From Trueperaceae bacterium (GTDB taxonomy: Bacteria > Deinococcota > Deinococci > Deinococcales > Trueperaceae): DNA of 64,000 nt. Made by a program: the position numbers and the translations under genes. The stretch spans positions 1,632,001 to 1,696,000 of the forward strand of contig OZ243913.1 in NCBI GenBank assembly GCA_965213705.1, in the 5' to 3' direction. Numbering within the stretch: position 1 is the stretch's first letter; each line of letters begins with the position of its first letter. Below are positions 18,591 through 29,494 of the stretch, one piece after another. The notes beneath the pieces are model-generated. The model was not told the DNA's origin. It saw nothing but the letters and a program-made list of their open reading frames with translations, and made no database searches.

Positions 18591-19853
18591 TTACTGGTCG
18601 AAGTCCGACGCGACTTGGGTGCAAATCGTGTTCGCGAACTCCTCGGCGCTCATCTCGCCGTTAAAAACCGAAGTGACAGCGTTGCCGTAGGCGGTGTCGA
18701 TGGCGGGCCAGTTGCCGCTGAAAAGGGGCGCTTCGGTGCGCACGTCGGCGGCGGTGGTGCCGTCGATAAAGGCCTGGTTGTTCACGCCCGAATCAGGCAG
18801 CGTGCCCAGGAAAAGGTCGATGGCTTCGTCGGTGCTGCGGCTCGGGATGTTCGCGCCCAAAGAAGCGATTTCACCCTGGATTTCGGGGCTGGTCAAACGG
18901 GTGACGAGTTCCCAGGCTTGCTCGGGGTTCGCGGTCTTAGCGTTGACGACGTAAGCGCCCCAGAACAGCCAGTTGGTCGCTTCGCCGCTCGGACCCGTCG
19001 GCAGGGGCGCGACGTTCCAGTTGAAGTCCGCGTTGGCGACGGTGCCGGGCGTGGCCCAGCGGCCGTTGATGAACATGCCGACGTTGCCCGCCAAAAAGGG
19101 AGGCTCGCCGTCGCTCTGCCAAGGTAAAGCTGCGCCGCTGTCAAAGAGGTCGGCAGCGAACTGCAAACCTTCGGCAGTCGCTTCGTTGTCCAAACCGCAA
19201 GCGCTGTAATCCTCGTTGAAAAAGCTGCCGCCCGCCGCGTTGACGAAGTAGCCCCAGTTCGCCCACCAGGCGTTCATGGCGAAGCCGTAGATTTCGTCGC
19301 CAAGCGCGCCGATTTCTTCGGCGTCGTTTTTGAAGGTTTCCCAGTTCCAGTCGCCCGTGCCGGGATAGTCCAAACCGGCTTCATCGAACAGGTCCTGGTT
19401 GTAGTAAATCGCAAAGGCCGATACGTCGCGCGGGACGCCCCAGAGCGCGTCCTGGCCCTCTTCGACACCCGTGGTCAAAAAGCCCATCGGGCCGGCGTAA
19501 AAGTCGTCGACGCTGAAGTCGCTGTCGGCGTTCGCGTATTCGCTCAAGTTGAGGATGAGGCCGGCTTCGGCGAAGCGCGCCACGTCGGTGCCCGGAATCC
19601 AAAACACGTCGGGCGCGGTGCCCGCTTCGATTTCGGTGACGAGCACGTCTTGGTACGAGGCGCTTTCCGAGCCGCCGGGTTCGTACTCCAGGGTCACGCC
19701 CTCGAACTCGTTGTCGATGGTTTCGCTGGCGCGTTGGTACACGTTGATTTCCGCCTGGTTGTCCGGGCGGGTGCGCCAGCGTAGCGTCACGTCTTGGGCG
19801 AAGACCTCCGCAGCGAACGCGAAAACGAGCACAGCTACGAGCAGTTTTTTCAT
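18591..19853 (-). CDS. Sugar ABC transporter substrate-binding protein
   Basis: Signal peptide MKKLLVAVLV, GTAPDVF, IYYNQDLFDEAG; AGGAGG before ATG. Confidence 0.92.
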   Translation of the reverse strand: MKKLLVAVLVFAFAAEVFAQDVTLRWRTRPDNQAEINVYQRASETIDNEFEGVTLEYEPGGSESASYQDVLVTEIEAGTAPDVFWIPGTDVARFAEAGLILNLSEYANADSDFSVDDFYAGPMGFLTTGVEEGQDALWGVPRDVSAFAIYYNQDLFDEAGLDYPGTGDWNWETFKNDAEEIGALGDEIYGFAMNAWWANWGYFVNAAGGSFFNEDYSACGLDNEATAEGLQFAADLFDSGAALPWQSDGEPPFLAGNVGMFINGRWATPGTVANADFNWNVAPLPTGPSGEATNWLFWGAYVVNAKTANPEQAWELVTRLTSPEIQGEIASLGANIPSRSTDEAIDLFLGTLPDSGVNNQAFIDGTTAADVRTEAPLFSGNWPAIDTAYGNAVTSVFNGEMSAEEFANTICTQVASDFDQ

Positions 19854-20080
19854 GTTTCCTCCTTTTGAAATGCGTAGACAGGCCGTCGCGTGGACAAAGC
19901 TCACCCCTGGGGTGAAGCGTGGAAACCTGTCTCGAGCACAACCACTATACCCGGCTGCGCGTGAGCTTGTGAAGCGCGGACGCTTCTCGAAACTTCATGA
20001 AGGCCGGGCTCTAAGACTGAGAGGTTTGTTTTCTCGCAGTCCTTATCCTCTTACGGCTTCAACGTTTATGATGCCAGACT

Positions 20081-22057
20081 ATGGACTTGGGCGCTTGCTA
20101 CTACCCCGAACATTGGCCCGAAGAAACTTGGGCACGAGACGCTGCGCGCATGAAAGACTTAGGCCTCACCTGGGTGCGAATCGGCGAATTCGCCTGGAGT
20201 CGGCTCGAGCCTGGCCCCGGCAAAATACAACTCGATTGGCTCGACCGTGCGATGGACACCTTAGGTAATGCTGGCTTGAAAGTCGTCCTCGGCACGCCCA
20301 CCGCGACGCCGCCGAAGTGGCTGGTCGACAAGTACGACGACGTTCTGCAAGTCGGCGCGGACGGTCATGAACGCAAGTTCGGCTCGCGGCGGCACTACTG
20401 TTTTAACTCACAGAGCTACCGCGATGAGACGACGCGCGTCGTCACGCTGCTCGCCGAGCGGTACGGCAAGCACGGCGCGGTGCAGGCGTGGCAAACCGAC
20501 AACGAGTACGGCTGTCACGACACGGTGCGCTGCTACTGCGAAAATTGTGCAAGGGCGTTCCGGGTGTGGCTCGAGGCGAAGTACGCAAACGTAGACGCCC
20601 TCAACGAAGCCTGGTGGAACGTGTTTTGGAGCATGGAGTACCGCTCTTTTAATGAAGTCGACCCCCCCAACCGCACCGTCACCGAACCCAACCCGAGCCA
20701 CGTGCTGGACTTTTACCGCTTTTCGTCCGACTCGGTCGTCGCTTACAACCGGCTGCAGTGCGACATTATCCGGCAACGTTCGAAAGCGCCCGTCACCCAT
20801 AACGCCATGCTTTTTTTCGGCGACTACGACGTTTTCAAGCTGGCGGGAGACTTGGACATCCTGACCTGGGACAGCTATCCGCTGGGGATGCTCGAGCAGT
20901 CCGCTTTGCCCGCCGAAGTCAAAGAAAAGTTCCTGCGCGTCGGCCACCCGGACCTCATCAGCCTCATGCACGACCTGTACTATGGCGCCAAGGACAAACC
21001 GTTTTGGGTGATGGAGCAGCAGCCGGGACAAGTGAACTGGGCACCGTCGAACCCGCTGCCCGCGCCCGGCGCGGTGCGGTTGTGGTCGCACCAGGCGTTC
21101 GCCCACGGGGCGGACGTAGTAGCTTACTTCCGCTGGCGCGCGGCCGTCGGCGCGCAGGAGACAATGCACGCCGGGCTCAACCACCACGACGGTTCGCCCG
21201 ACCGGGCCAGCGCCGAGGCGGCGCGGGTCGCGGCGGAAACGCCGGCAGACGCTTTCCCGGTCAGCGCCGACGTCGCGCTGCTGTTCGACTACGAAAACCT
21301 CTGGGCCACCGACCTGCAACCGCACGCACAGGGTTGGAGCTACTGGTCGCTCGTGTTCGAGTACTACAGCAGCCTGCGCGCTCTCGGGCTGAACGTCGCG
21401 CTGAGACACCCGAGCCACGACTTGACGCCCTACAAGGTGGTGTTCGCCCCGGCGCTGCACTTGGTCGACAGAGCGCTCGCCGAGAGTCTCGAGGCCTACG
21501 TCGAGGCGGGCGGACTCCTTGTCCTCGGGCCGCGGAGCGGTTTTAAGACGCCCTCGAACACGGCGCACACGCCCGCGCCCGGCCCGCTCGCGGCGCTCTC
21601 GGGCGTGTGCGTGCAGCACGTGGACGCCCTGCGCCCCGGCGTGACGGGGCACGTCCAAAGCGTCAACCAAAATGTCGGCCAGGACCTCAGCGGCGCACGG
21701 CTTGCCTACGCGACCTGGGCCGACCTGTTGACCCTGAATGGGGCCGAGGCCTTGGCGACTTACCTGGACCCCGCTTACGAAAGCGCCGTCGCCGTCGCCC
21801 AAAACGCTTTCGGGCGGGGTTTTTGCGTCACGCTCGGGATGTGGGGGAAGTCGGAGACGCACGCGGCCCTGTTCACCGCCCTTTTGGAAAAAGCCGGCCT
21901 GTCCGTGTCCCCCGTGCCGGCGGGTGTGCGGCGCAGCGTGCGCGGCCCCCACACCTACACCTTCAACTTCACGTCGGGCGAGGTCGCGGTGGGAGAAGTG
22001 GGGCTCGAGGCTTACGGTGTTTGTATAAACGGTGTCCGTTTGGAAGGTGCCGTTTAG
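20081..22057 (+). CDS. Beta-galactosidase, GH42
   Basis: CYYPEHW, RIGEFAW, WQTDNEYGCH, WVMEQQPG. Confidence 0.95.
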   Translation: MDLGACYYPEHWPEETWARDAARMKDLGLTWVRIGEFAWSRLEPGPGKIQLDWLDRAMDTLGNAGLKVVLGTPTATPPKWLVDKYDDVLQVGADGHERKFGSRRHYCFNSQSYRDETTRVVTLLAERYGKHGAVQAWQTDNEYGCHDTVRCYCENCARAFRVWLEAKYANVDALNEAWWNVFWSMEYRSFNEVDPPNRTVTEPNPSHVLDFYRFSSDSVVAYNRLQCDIIRQRSKAPVTHNAMLFFGDYDVFKLAGDLDILTWDSYPLGMLEQSALPAEVKEKFLRVGHPDLISLMHDLYYGAKDKPFWVMEQQPGQVNWAPSNPLPAPGAVRLWSHQAFAHGADVVAYFRWRAAVGAQETMHAGLNHHDGSPDRASAEAARVAAETPADAFPVSADVALLFDYENLWATDLQPHAQGWSYWSLVFEYYSSLRALGLNVALRHPSHDLTPYKVVFAPALHLVDRALAESLEAYVEAGGLLVLGPRSGFKTPSNTAHTPAPGPLAALSGVCVQHVDALRPGVTGHVQSVNQNVGQDLSGARLAYATWADLLTLNGAEALATYLDPAYESAVAVAQNAFGRGFCVTLGMWGKSETHAALFTALLEKAGLSVSPVPAGVRRSVRGPHTYTFNFTSGEVAVGEVGLEAYGVCINGVRLEGAV

Positions 22058-22376
22058 GCGGCACCCATAAGGGCACCGTTACATAGACTACATAGACGCC
22101 AGCGCAGAGACACCGTCATAAATAGCAAATACTGTTGGCGCAAAGGCGCGGCGCAAAACGCGACCGGAAGCAAGCACCCTCGAGAAACCGGACTGCGCGG
22201 GCCGCAAGCACTGGGTAAACGCTCCGTGAACATCTTTTTCTTGTAATTTGTTGCGAGCGAACGTATACTGGGTGCGGTTCACAACCAAAAGCGTTTTGCA
22301 GGGCGGTGGCACGGTCTTTTTGCCTTAACCGTAGCTCACCCAAGCCGCGCCGAGCGCCAATCTCCTGGAGGTAGAA

Positions 22377-23465
22377 ATGAAACGACGCGATTTTCTGAAA
22401 AAAGCCGGTGTCGTTGCGGGCAGTACAGCGTTTTCACCGCTGATGTTCGCCAACGCCCAAGCCTCGACCTATCGGTGGGGCATGGTCACCTCGTGGCCGA
22501 CCTCGCTCGACACGATTTATGGCGGCGCGACGAACTCGGCCCAGTACATCAACGAAATGACCGACGGCGACGTAGAAATACAGGTCTACCCGGCGGGCGC
22601 ACAAGTCGGCGGCTTGGAAGTCTACGACGCCGTGTCTTCGGGCGCGTTCGAAATGGGCAACACCGCGTCTTACTACTACATCGGCAAAGACCCCACCCAC
22701 GCCTTTTTCACGACCGTGCCTTTCGGCATGAACGCCCAGCAGATGGACGCCTGGCTCACCGCGGGCGGCGGTCAAGCCTTGTTCAACGAACTCAACGCCA
22801 TCGACAACATGATTGCGTTTCCGGCCGGGAATACCGGGGTGCAGATGGGCGGCTGGTTCCGCAACGAAATCAACACGGTGGCGGACTTGCAAGGCCTGAC
22901 CATGCGCATCCCCGGTTTGGGCGGTCAGGCGATGAGCCGCGTCGGTGTAAACGTGCAAAACATTCCCGGCGGCGAAATTTTCTTGGCGCTCGACACCGGC
23001 GTCATCGACGCGACCGAGTGGGTCGGGCCGTACGACGACGAAATTTTGGGACTGAACACAGCTGCCCAGTTTTACTACGCGCCGGGTTGGCACGAGCCCG
23101 GCCCGACGCTCAGCAACTACATCAACTTGGACGTCTACAACGGCCTGCCCGGCGACATTCAGCAGATTTTGCAAAAAGCTTCGGCCGCCGCCAACCAGCA
23201 GATGTTGGCCGACTACGACGCCAAAAACGGTCCGGCCCTGAACCGTCTCGTCGAAGGCGGGACCCAGGTTCGCACCTTTTCCACAGAGATTTTGAACGCT
23301 TTAGAGACCGCCATGAACGAAATCCACGACGAGTTCGCAGGCCAAAACCAGCGCTACGCGAGCACCTTGGAGGCTTACCGCACCTTCCAGAGCGCGATTC
23401 GCGACTGGCACGAAATCGGCGAGTACGCCTACAGCAACTACGTGTACGGCGGCGCGGAGGAGTAA
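22377..23465 (+). CDS. TRAP transporter solute-binding protein (DctP/TakP-type), Tat-exported
   Basis: MKRRDFLK Tat signal, GNTGVQMGGWF, MRIPGLGG, DATEWVGPYDD, PGWHEPG. Confidence 0.93.
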   Translation: MKRRDFLKKAGVVAGSTAFSPLMFANAQASTYRWGMVTSWPTSLDTIYGGATNSAQYINEMTDGDVEIQVYPAGAQVGGLEVYDAVSSGAFEMGNTASYYYIGKDPTHAFFTTVPFGMNAQQMDAWLTAGGGQALFNELNAIDNMIAFPAGNTGVQMGGWFRNEINTVADLQGLTMRIPGLGGQAMSRVGVNVQNIPGGEIFLALDTGVIDATEWVGPYDDEILGLNTAAQFYYAPGWHEPGPTLSNYINLDVYNGLPGDIQQILQKASAAANQQMLADYDAKNGPALNRLVEGGTQVRTFSTEILNALETAMNEIHDEFAGQNQRYASTLEAYRTFQSAIRDWHEIGEYAYSNYVYGGAEE

Positions 23466-23481
23466 GCTTCGCCAGTTCGGC

Positions 23482-23515
23482 ACAGACGTCCCCGGCTTTT
23501 GGCCGGGGACGTTTG
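23482..23515. terminator. Hairpin between convergent genes
   Basis: acagacgtccccggc-ttttg-gccggggacgtttgt. Confidence 0.7.
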
Positions 23516-23588
23516 TCGTGTTGTGACGTTGTAGTGCGTGTCGAGGTAGAAACAAGCAGCGTGCGTGTCGAGCCTGTGCCGAGGTCCC

Positions 23589-26500
23589 CTAGCCCCCGTT
23601 TATCCCCTCCACCAACCGCGCCAGCAGCCGGGCCAGCACCCCGGCGCTCGCCAAGGTAAAGGTCTCGGTTGCCCGCACCTCCGCGAGCGCGGTGTCGTAG
23701 CGGCTTAGAGCGCGGGGTCCGCGCGCCAAAAAGTCGTCAAGGTTGGAGTTGGCCCGGTGGGCTCGAGCCTCCAAAAAGTGCCGACTGAGTTTGCGCTGGG
23801 TCTGGCGCAGGTCCATCACCAAACCGCCGCGCGCGACCTTGTCCCACTTGCTGGGGCTGGGCAGCTCGGTCAGGCGGTCGCGCAGCCAGCCGAGCGACAG
23901 GCGCTCGCCGACTTCGAAAAAGACCGGGGCAACTTCGGCGACGGGCAAGTCCAAGCCTTCGCTCACTTCGATGATGCCCACGCTGCTTGGTAGGTAGTCG
24001 AGCCCGGCGACGCTGCGCGCTAAGTCTTTGGGCAGACCCTGTTTGGTCCAGCTGCGAGTGCTCGCGGTAAAGCGCTCGCGCTCAACCGTGGACAAAAACT
24101 TGCCCAAACCGCCGCGCAGCTTCTGAAGCGGGTCGCGGTAGCTGCCGACGAACTCGGCGACGGAAGTCGCTTGCTGGTCGCTCAGCAGTATCCAGGTCAC
24201 GACGCCTTCGACCGCCTTGACGAGTTCGTCGAAAGCGCGGTACTGCACCTCGGTCGGCACGACGTTGTCGAGGGCGTTGATGTGAGTCACGAGCCGCTGC
24301 ACGTCTAAAAGTTCCAGGGCGATGAGCGCCGCGCGGATGACCTCGACCGGCTTTGCGCCGGTGTCGCGCAAGCTGCGGTGGACGAAGGTGATGCCGAGCA
24401 CGTCCACGACCGTGTTGGTGAACTGCGTGGCGATAATCTCGCGGCGCAACTGGTGCGTTTTGATGGCGGAGGGGTAGTGTTTCGCGAGTTGCGACGGAAA
24501 GTAAGCGAACAAGTAGTGTTGAAAATAGGGTTCGTCGGGAAAGTCGGTTTCTAAAAGCCGCCGGTACATGCCCATCTTGGTGTAGGCGAGCAAAATGGCG
24601 AGTTCGGGGCGGGTGTAGCTTTCGCCCACTTTTTGACGCTCGAGCAGCTCCTTGCGACCCGGCAAAAACTCGACCGCCGGGTTGAGCGCGCCGCGTTCTT
24701 GCAAGTAGTCGGCCAGCGACTCGAACAGCAGCGGGTCGCCCAAACTGCGCCGTTGGGCCAAAGACAGCGCGAGTGACTGGTAATAGTTGTCTTTCAAAAC
24801 GAGCGCGTTCACCTCGGCGGTCATCTCTTCTAACAAAAGGTTGCGCTCGTCGAACGACAGGTCATTAGGGAGCAGCGGTTGCAGCAGGATTTTGATGTTG
24901 ACCTCGTGGTCGCTCATGTCGACGCCCGCCGAGTTGTCAATCGCGTCGGTGTTGATGCGGCCACCCCCGCGGGCGTACTCGACCCGGGCGAGTTGGGTAA
25001 AGCCTAAGTTGCCGCCCTCGCCCACGACTTTGACGTTCAGGGCGTCGGCGTCGACGCGGACTAAGTCGTTGCTCGAGTCGCCCACTTCCGCGTCAGTTTC
25101 CAAACTCGACTTGACGTAAGTGCCGATGCCGCCGTTCCAAAGCAGGTCGGCCGGGGCCTTGAGAATCGCCTGGATAAGGGCCTGGCCGCTCAACGCGTCG
25201 GCCTCGACCCCCAACATTTCCTTAACCTGCGGGCTCAGCGCAATCGACTTCGCGCCTCTTTCGAACACGCCGCCGCCCTCGCTGACAAGCTCAGGGTCGT
25301 AGTCCTGCCAGGTCGAGCGCGGCAGCTCGAACAGGCGCTTGCGCTCCTCAAAACTCGTCGCCGGGTCGGGGTCCGGGTCTAAAAAGATGTGCAGGTGGTT
25401 GAACGCCGCCAACAGCTTGAGTTTGTCGGTGTAAATCAGGCCGTTGCCGAACACGTCGCCCGACATGTCGCCTATGCCGACCGCGCTGAAGGTGTCTTCA
25501 TGAACGTCGACACCCATTTCCCGAAAGTGCCGCGCCACGCACTCCCACGCGCCGCGCGCGGTGATGCCCTCACGCTTGTGGTCGTAGCCGTACGAGCCGC
25601 CCGAGGCGAAGGCGTCGCCGAGCCAGAAGTCGTACTCGGCGGCGACTTCGTTCGCTAAGTCGCTAAAGGTCGCGGTGCCCTTGTCCGCGGCGACGACGAG
25701 GTAGGGGTCGGGCTCGTCGTAGATGAGCACCTCTTTGGGGTGGACGGTTTGCCCGTTGACGAGGTTGTCGGTGATGTCGAGCAGCCCGCTGATAAACAGC
25801 CGGTACTGCTCGCGGCCGTAGGCGCGGAGCGCGTCGCGCTCGAGGGGCGCGTTTTTAAGGACGAAGCCCCCCTTGGACCCGACCGGCACGATGACGGCGT
25901 TTTTGGTCATCTGCGTTTTCATGAGGCCCAGCACTTCGGTGCGAAAGTCGTCCGGGCGGTCCGACCAGCGGATGCCGCCGCGCGCCACCTTGCCGCCGCG
26001 CAAGTGTGCCCCCTCGACGCCCAAACCCGACACGGCGATTTCATATAGAGGCCGCGGCTCGGGCATACTGCTCACTTTTTTCGACTCGAGCTTGAAACTG
26101 ATGACGCTGCGGTTGAGAAAAAAGTTGCTGCGCACGCTCGAGTCCACTAAGTTGAACAGCCCGCGCAGCGTCGTGTCTTCGGGCAGCGAAGCGACGTTGT
26201 TCAGCGCGTCCAAAAACTCGCTTTTGAGACTTTCGAAAGCGCTTTCGCGGTCGCCGTCGAAAGCGGGGTTGAACTTCGTGGCAAACGCCGCGTAAAGGAT
26301 GGCGGCCAACTTAGGATGGTTCAGCAGCGTCTCGTTGATAAAACTGCGGCTCGTCACCGCGTTCAGTTGGGCGTAGTACATCTGGTAAGCGCGCAGCAGC
26401 GCAACTTGGCGCACCTCCAAGCCGCCGTAGAGGACGAGCCGGTTCAGGCGGTCGCTCTCGGCCCGGCCGCCGAGCAGCAGGGTGAGCGCTTCGACGAGCC

Positions 26501-28463
26501 GCTCGCCGTGTTCAGGCACGTCGATAGTCGCGCCGTCCCAGTCCTGCACCCGGAAAATGTCGACGCCCCGCACGCTACTCGCTTTACCGTCGGCCAAGCG
26601 CGCGTGGTAGGCGATTTGCTCCAACACGCGGAAGCCCAAGTTTTCCAACATCGGCATCACGCTGCTCAGGGTCAGCGTGCGTTCGCCGTGATAAATCTTG
26701 ACGAGCGTCGTGTCGCCGCTCCTTGTTGAGTCCTGGCCTTCCTCGGCGGCGTTTAAGATGTCGACCCGGTAAGCCTCGGTGCCCAGCGCCTCCAGCTGTT
26801 CGATGTCGCGCAGCGCCGCGGTGGTCGAGGTGTCGGCCTTGTAAGCCTCGTCGAAAGCGCCGCTGTACTTTTCGGCCAACCGCCGTCCTCGAGTTTCGCC
26901 TTTGGAGGCGGTGAGCCGTTCCAGCAAGTGGTCGTCCCAGGTGCGGGTGAGTTCGGCGACCGCACGTTCAAGTGCGCTCACGTCCACGTCGAAGTGGCTT
27001 TTTTCGGTCGTAAAGAAAAAGTGAAAGCGCAGCTGCGACTCGTCCTCGCCCATCGCCAGTTGGTAGTCGACGTGTGTGGCGGCGAGCTGCTCGTACAAAA
27101 AGCCCTGAATAGCGCGGCGCACCGTTGCGTTGAAGCGGTCGCGCGGCATCACCACCATCGCGGCGAGCCCGCGGCCCAGCGGGTCGGGTCGCAAAGTCAG
27201 GCGCACGCCCCGTTCTTGTTCCAAACCCATGATGGCGCGAATGTCCTGGTAAAGCTGGTCGGCGTCCGCCCAGAACAGTTCCTCGCGCGGCATCGAGTTG
27301 AAAATGGCGGTAATCTGTTTGAAGTCGTGCGAGCCCGGCACCGCACGGTCTTTCGCCAACACCCGGCGCAGCTTGAGCCGCAAAATAGGGATGTCCTCGA
27401 CCGCCGTGGACAAGGCTTTGGAGGTGAACAGACCCACAAAGCGGATTTCGCCGACCACCTGAGCGTCGCGCAGTTTTTTAACGCCGATGTAGTCCATGCG
27501 CGCGGGTCGGTGAACGGTTGATTCGGCGTTGGTTTTGGTCACGGTCAACACGCGCCCGCCCGTGACGCGCTCGCGCAGGCCTTCGGGGAGTTCGCTTACC
27601 GGCACGGGCTCGGTGTAGGCGCTCGTTTCCAGTTTGCTCAGGATGCCCAGCCCCGAGTTCGGCGTGAGCAGCAGGTGCGGCGCGCCGTCCTTAGTGATGA
27701 TGTCGTACTCGCGGTAGCCCAAAAAGACGTAGTTGTCCTCTTCCAGCCAGCGCATAAAAGCCGCGTACTCGTCCAGTTCTTCGCGGCGGTCGTGTACGAC
27801 ACCCTGAACTCGGTCTTGCGCCTCGGGGGTGTCGGTGTCTTGCGTCCGGGCGTCGGCACCCTGGACCCGCTGCGCCCGCAGGTTTGCCAGGTAAGCGCGG
27901 GTTTGTTCGGCTTGGTCGCACATCGCGACGTAGTCTCCGGTTGCCAGCAGCACGTCGCGCAAGACCTCGCGCACGGCGTCCTCCAAGGCCCGCAGCGCCC
28001 CGGGGTCGTCTGCGCGCTCGACGAAATAAAGCTCGTACGCTTCTCGCTCGGCCTCGGCTTGTGCGCTCGTCGCCAGCTCGAGCAAGCGGCCGTCCGCGTC
28101 CCGAATCGTGTGCAAAATGGGGTGGAGCAGGTAAAAAAGCTCAAACCCGCGCCGGCGCAACTCGGCCCGTACCGAGTCGACGATAAAGGGGCGGTCGCGC
28201 AGCAACACCTCGAGCACCGTGTAAGGCGCTTCAAAACCGTCTTGTGCCAGGGTCGGGTTGTAAACCCGCACACAGACCTCGCCCGGACCGAGCTGCCGGA
28301 CCTGTTCCAAACCCGCCGTGGCGATAGCGAGCAGGCCGTCCGCGCCGAAGGCGTCCATAAAGTCGGGTGCCGACTTGCCGAACAGCTCGGTGGCGAACTG
28401 CTGCAGTTCGCCGTCCTCTTTGACCTCGATGCGCCGACGGATTTGCTCCAAAGTGACTGACAT
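23589..28463 (-). CDS. Large NAD-specific glutamate dehydrogenase (about 1600 aa)
   Basis: ARGGIRWSDR, KNAVIVPVGSKGGF, VVAADKGTA, GIGDMSGDVFGNG, DAIDNSAGVD. Confidence 0.95.
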   Translation of the reverse strand: MSVTLEQIRRRIEVKEDGELQQFATELFGKSAPDFMDAFGADGLLAIATAGLEQVRQLGPGEVCVRVYNPTLAQDGFEAPYTVLEVLLRDRPFIVDSVRAELRRRGFELFYLLHPILHTIRDADGRLLELATSAQAEAEREAYELYFVERADDPGALRALEDAVREVLRDVLLATGDYVAMCDQAEQTRAYLANLRAQRVQGADARTQDTDTPEAQDRVQGVVHDRREELDEYAAFMRWLEEDNYVFLGYREYDIITKDGAPHLLLTPNSGLGILSKLETSAYTEPVPVSELPEGLRERVTGGRVLTVTKTNAESTVHRPARMDYIGVKKLRDAQVVGEIRFVGLFTSKALSTAVEDIPILRLKLRRVLAKDRAVPGSHDFKQITAIFNSMPREELFWADADQLYQDIRAIMGLEQERGVRLTLRPDPLGRGLAAMVVMPRDRFNATVRRAIQGFLYEQLAATHVDYQLAMGEDESQLRFHFFFTTEKSHFDVDVSALERAVAELTRTWDDHLLERLTASKGETRGRRLAEKYSGAFDEAYKADTSTTAALRDIEQLEALGTEAYRVDILNAAEEGQDSTRSGDTTLVKIYHGERTLTLSSVMPMLENLGFRVLEQIAYHARLADGKASSVRGVDIFRVQDWDGATIDVPEHGERLVEALTLLLGGRAESDRLNRLVLYGGLEVRQVALLRAYQMYYAQLNAVTSRSFINETLLNHPKLAAILYAAFATKFNPAFDGDRESAFESLKSEFLDALNNVASLPEDTTLRGLFNLVDSSVRSNFFLNRSVISFKLESKKVSSMPEPRPLYEIAVSGLGVEGAHLRGGKVARGGIRWSDRPDDFRTEVLGLMKTQMTKNAVIVPVGSKGGFVLKNAPLERDALRAYGREQYRLFISGLLDITDNLVNGQTVHPKEVLIYDEPDPYLVVAADKGTATFSDLANEVAAEYDFWLGDAFASGGSYGYDHKREGITARGAWECVARHFREMGVDVHEDTFSAVGIGDMSGDVFGNGLIYTDKLKLLAAFNHLHIFLDPDPDPATSFEERKRLFELPRSTWQDYDPELVSEGGGVFERGAKSIALSPQVKEMLGVEADALSGQALIQAILKAPADLLWNGGIGTYVKSSLETDAEVGDSSNDLVRVDADALNVKVVGEGGNLGFTQLARVEYARGGGRINTDAIDNSAGVDMSDHEVNIKILLQPLLPNDLSFDERNLLLEEMTAEVNALVLKDNYYQSLALSLAQRRSLGDPLLFESLADYLQERGALNPAVEFLPGRKELLERQKVGESYTRPELAILLAYTKMGMYRRLLETDFPDEPYFQHYLFAYFPSQLAKHYPSAIKTHQLRREIIATQFTNTVVDVLGITFVHRSLRDTGAKPVEVIRAALIALELLDVQRLVTHINALDNVVPTEVQYRAFDELVKAVEGVVTWILLSDQQATSVAEFVGSYRDPLQKLRGGLGKFLSTVERERFTASTRSWTKQGLPKDLARSVAGLDYLPSSVGIIEVSEGLDLPVAEVAPVFFEVGERLSLGWLRDRLTELPSPSKWDKVARGGLVMDLRQTQRKLSRHFLEARAHRANSNLDDFLARGPRALSRYDTALAEVRATETFTLASAGVLARLLARLVEGINGG

Positions 28464-28872
28464 AGCTACCCTCCCAGGCCGAACTCGACTTGCTGCTTAC
28501 ATGCACAAGCTTTACTTACCAACGCCGACCACCGGCTCCGTATTCCGTTTATTCAGCTCAGTATACCCAAGCGGCCCCGGTGTGTTTTTCACTTCGAGTA
28601 CTTTCAGGCGAGTAAGAGAAAACCGAACCCCGAACCCGGAGGGCCGCGTCGCAAATTTTGAGCTTCGGCACACTCGTGTTGGGTTCGCGCGTTCGAGTTT
28701 GGGAAACCGTAGCGCTGAGGCGAGAAGTTGTCTGCTTTTCCCATCCTGAGACCCAACACCCAGACGCCTTACCTCCCTACTCTCGGCGCTTGCGTATACT
28801 GGGGTTCGAGTGTCCGGCGCTGGTGGGGGCGAACCCGCGCGGGTGCCGGGCTGAGTGAGAGACGGAGAGACT

Positions 28873-29406
28873 ATGTTTTTGCTTATAACCGCCGCGCTGG
28901 TGGTGGTGGACCAACTGACCAAGTGGTGGGCCGCGTCGACGTTTCCCTTAAACGGGCAGGGCCAGTACGTCGGCCTCGGTTTTTACCTGACTTACGTCAA
29001 AAATACGGGCGCGGCTTTCGGCATTTTGCAAGACGGGACCCTCGTGTTGGGTGTGTTGTCGGCCGTCGTCGCGGTCGTTCTTACCGTTTACCTGTTGCGC
29101 AGCCGCACCATGCCCACCCTGCAGCGCGCCGCCCTGACGCTGATTTTGGCAGGTGCGCTCGGCAACATGATCGACCGCTTCGTTTTGGGTTACGTGCGCG
29201 ACTTTATCCACTTCCAAATCCCGAGCTTCAACTTTGCGGTTTTCAACGTTGCCGACAGTTGCGTTGTCGTCGGTGCGGGCTTGTTGCTCGTCTCGAGCTT
29301 TGTGCCGGTGCGTGCGGAGCCGCAACCGAACCCGTCCACCTACGAAGAGGCCCCGCTCAGCGACGCCGAGTTTTTCGACGAGGAGTTGGAGCGGGAGCGC
29401 TCGTAA
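28873..29406 (+). CDS. lspA: Lipoprotein signal peptidase II
   Basis: DQLTK, NTGAAFG, GALGNMIDR, VRDF, FNVAD. Confidence 0.95.
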   Translation: MFLLITAALVVVDQLTKWWAASTFPLNGQGQYVGLGFYLTYVKNTGAAFGILQDGTLVLGVLSAVVAVVLTVYLLRSRTMPTLQRAALTLILAGALGNMIDRFVLGYVRDFIHFQIPSFNFAVFNVADSCVVVGAGLLLVSSFVPVRAEPQPNPSTYEEAPLSDAEFFDEELERERS

Positions 29407-29494
29407 ACAGGGTCGCAACCGGGGCGCCGAAAGGCGAAGCTACGCTTTTTCGGGTCTTGAGAAGACCGCCGGACCAAACCCGCTCGAGCGGTCT

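Noticed and set aside
28465..28872. Possible ncRNA or tRNA-like element upstream of lspA (contains GGTTCG motifs)
   Set aside because: I could not build a cloverleaf or known riboswitch; it is better explained by heptamer-like inverted repeats and divergent promoters.
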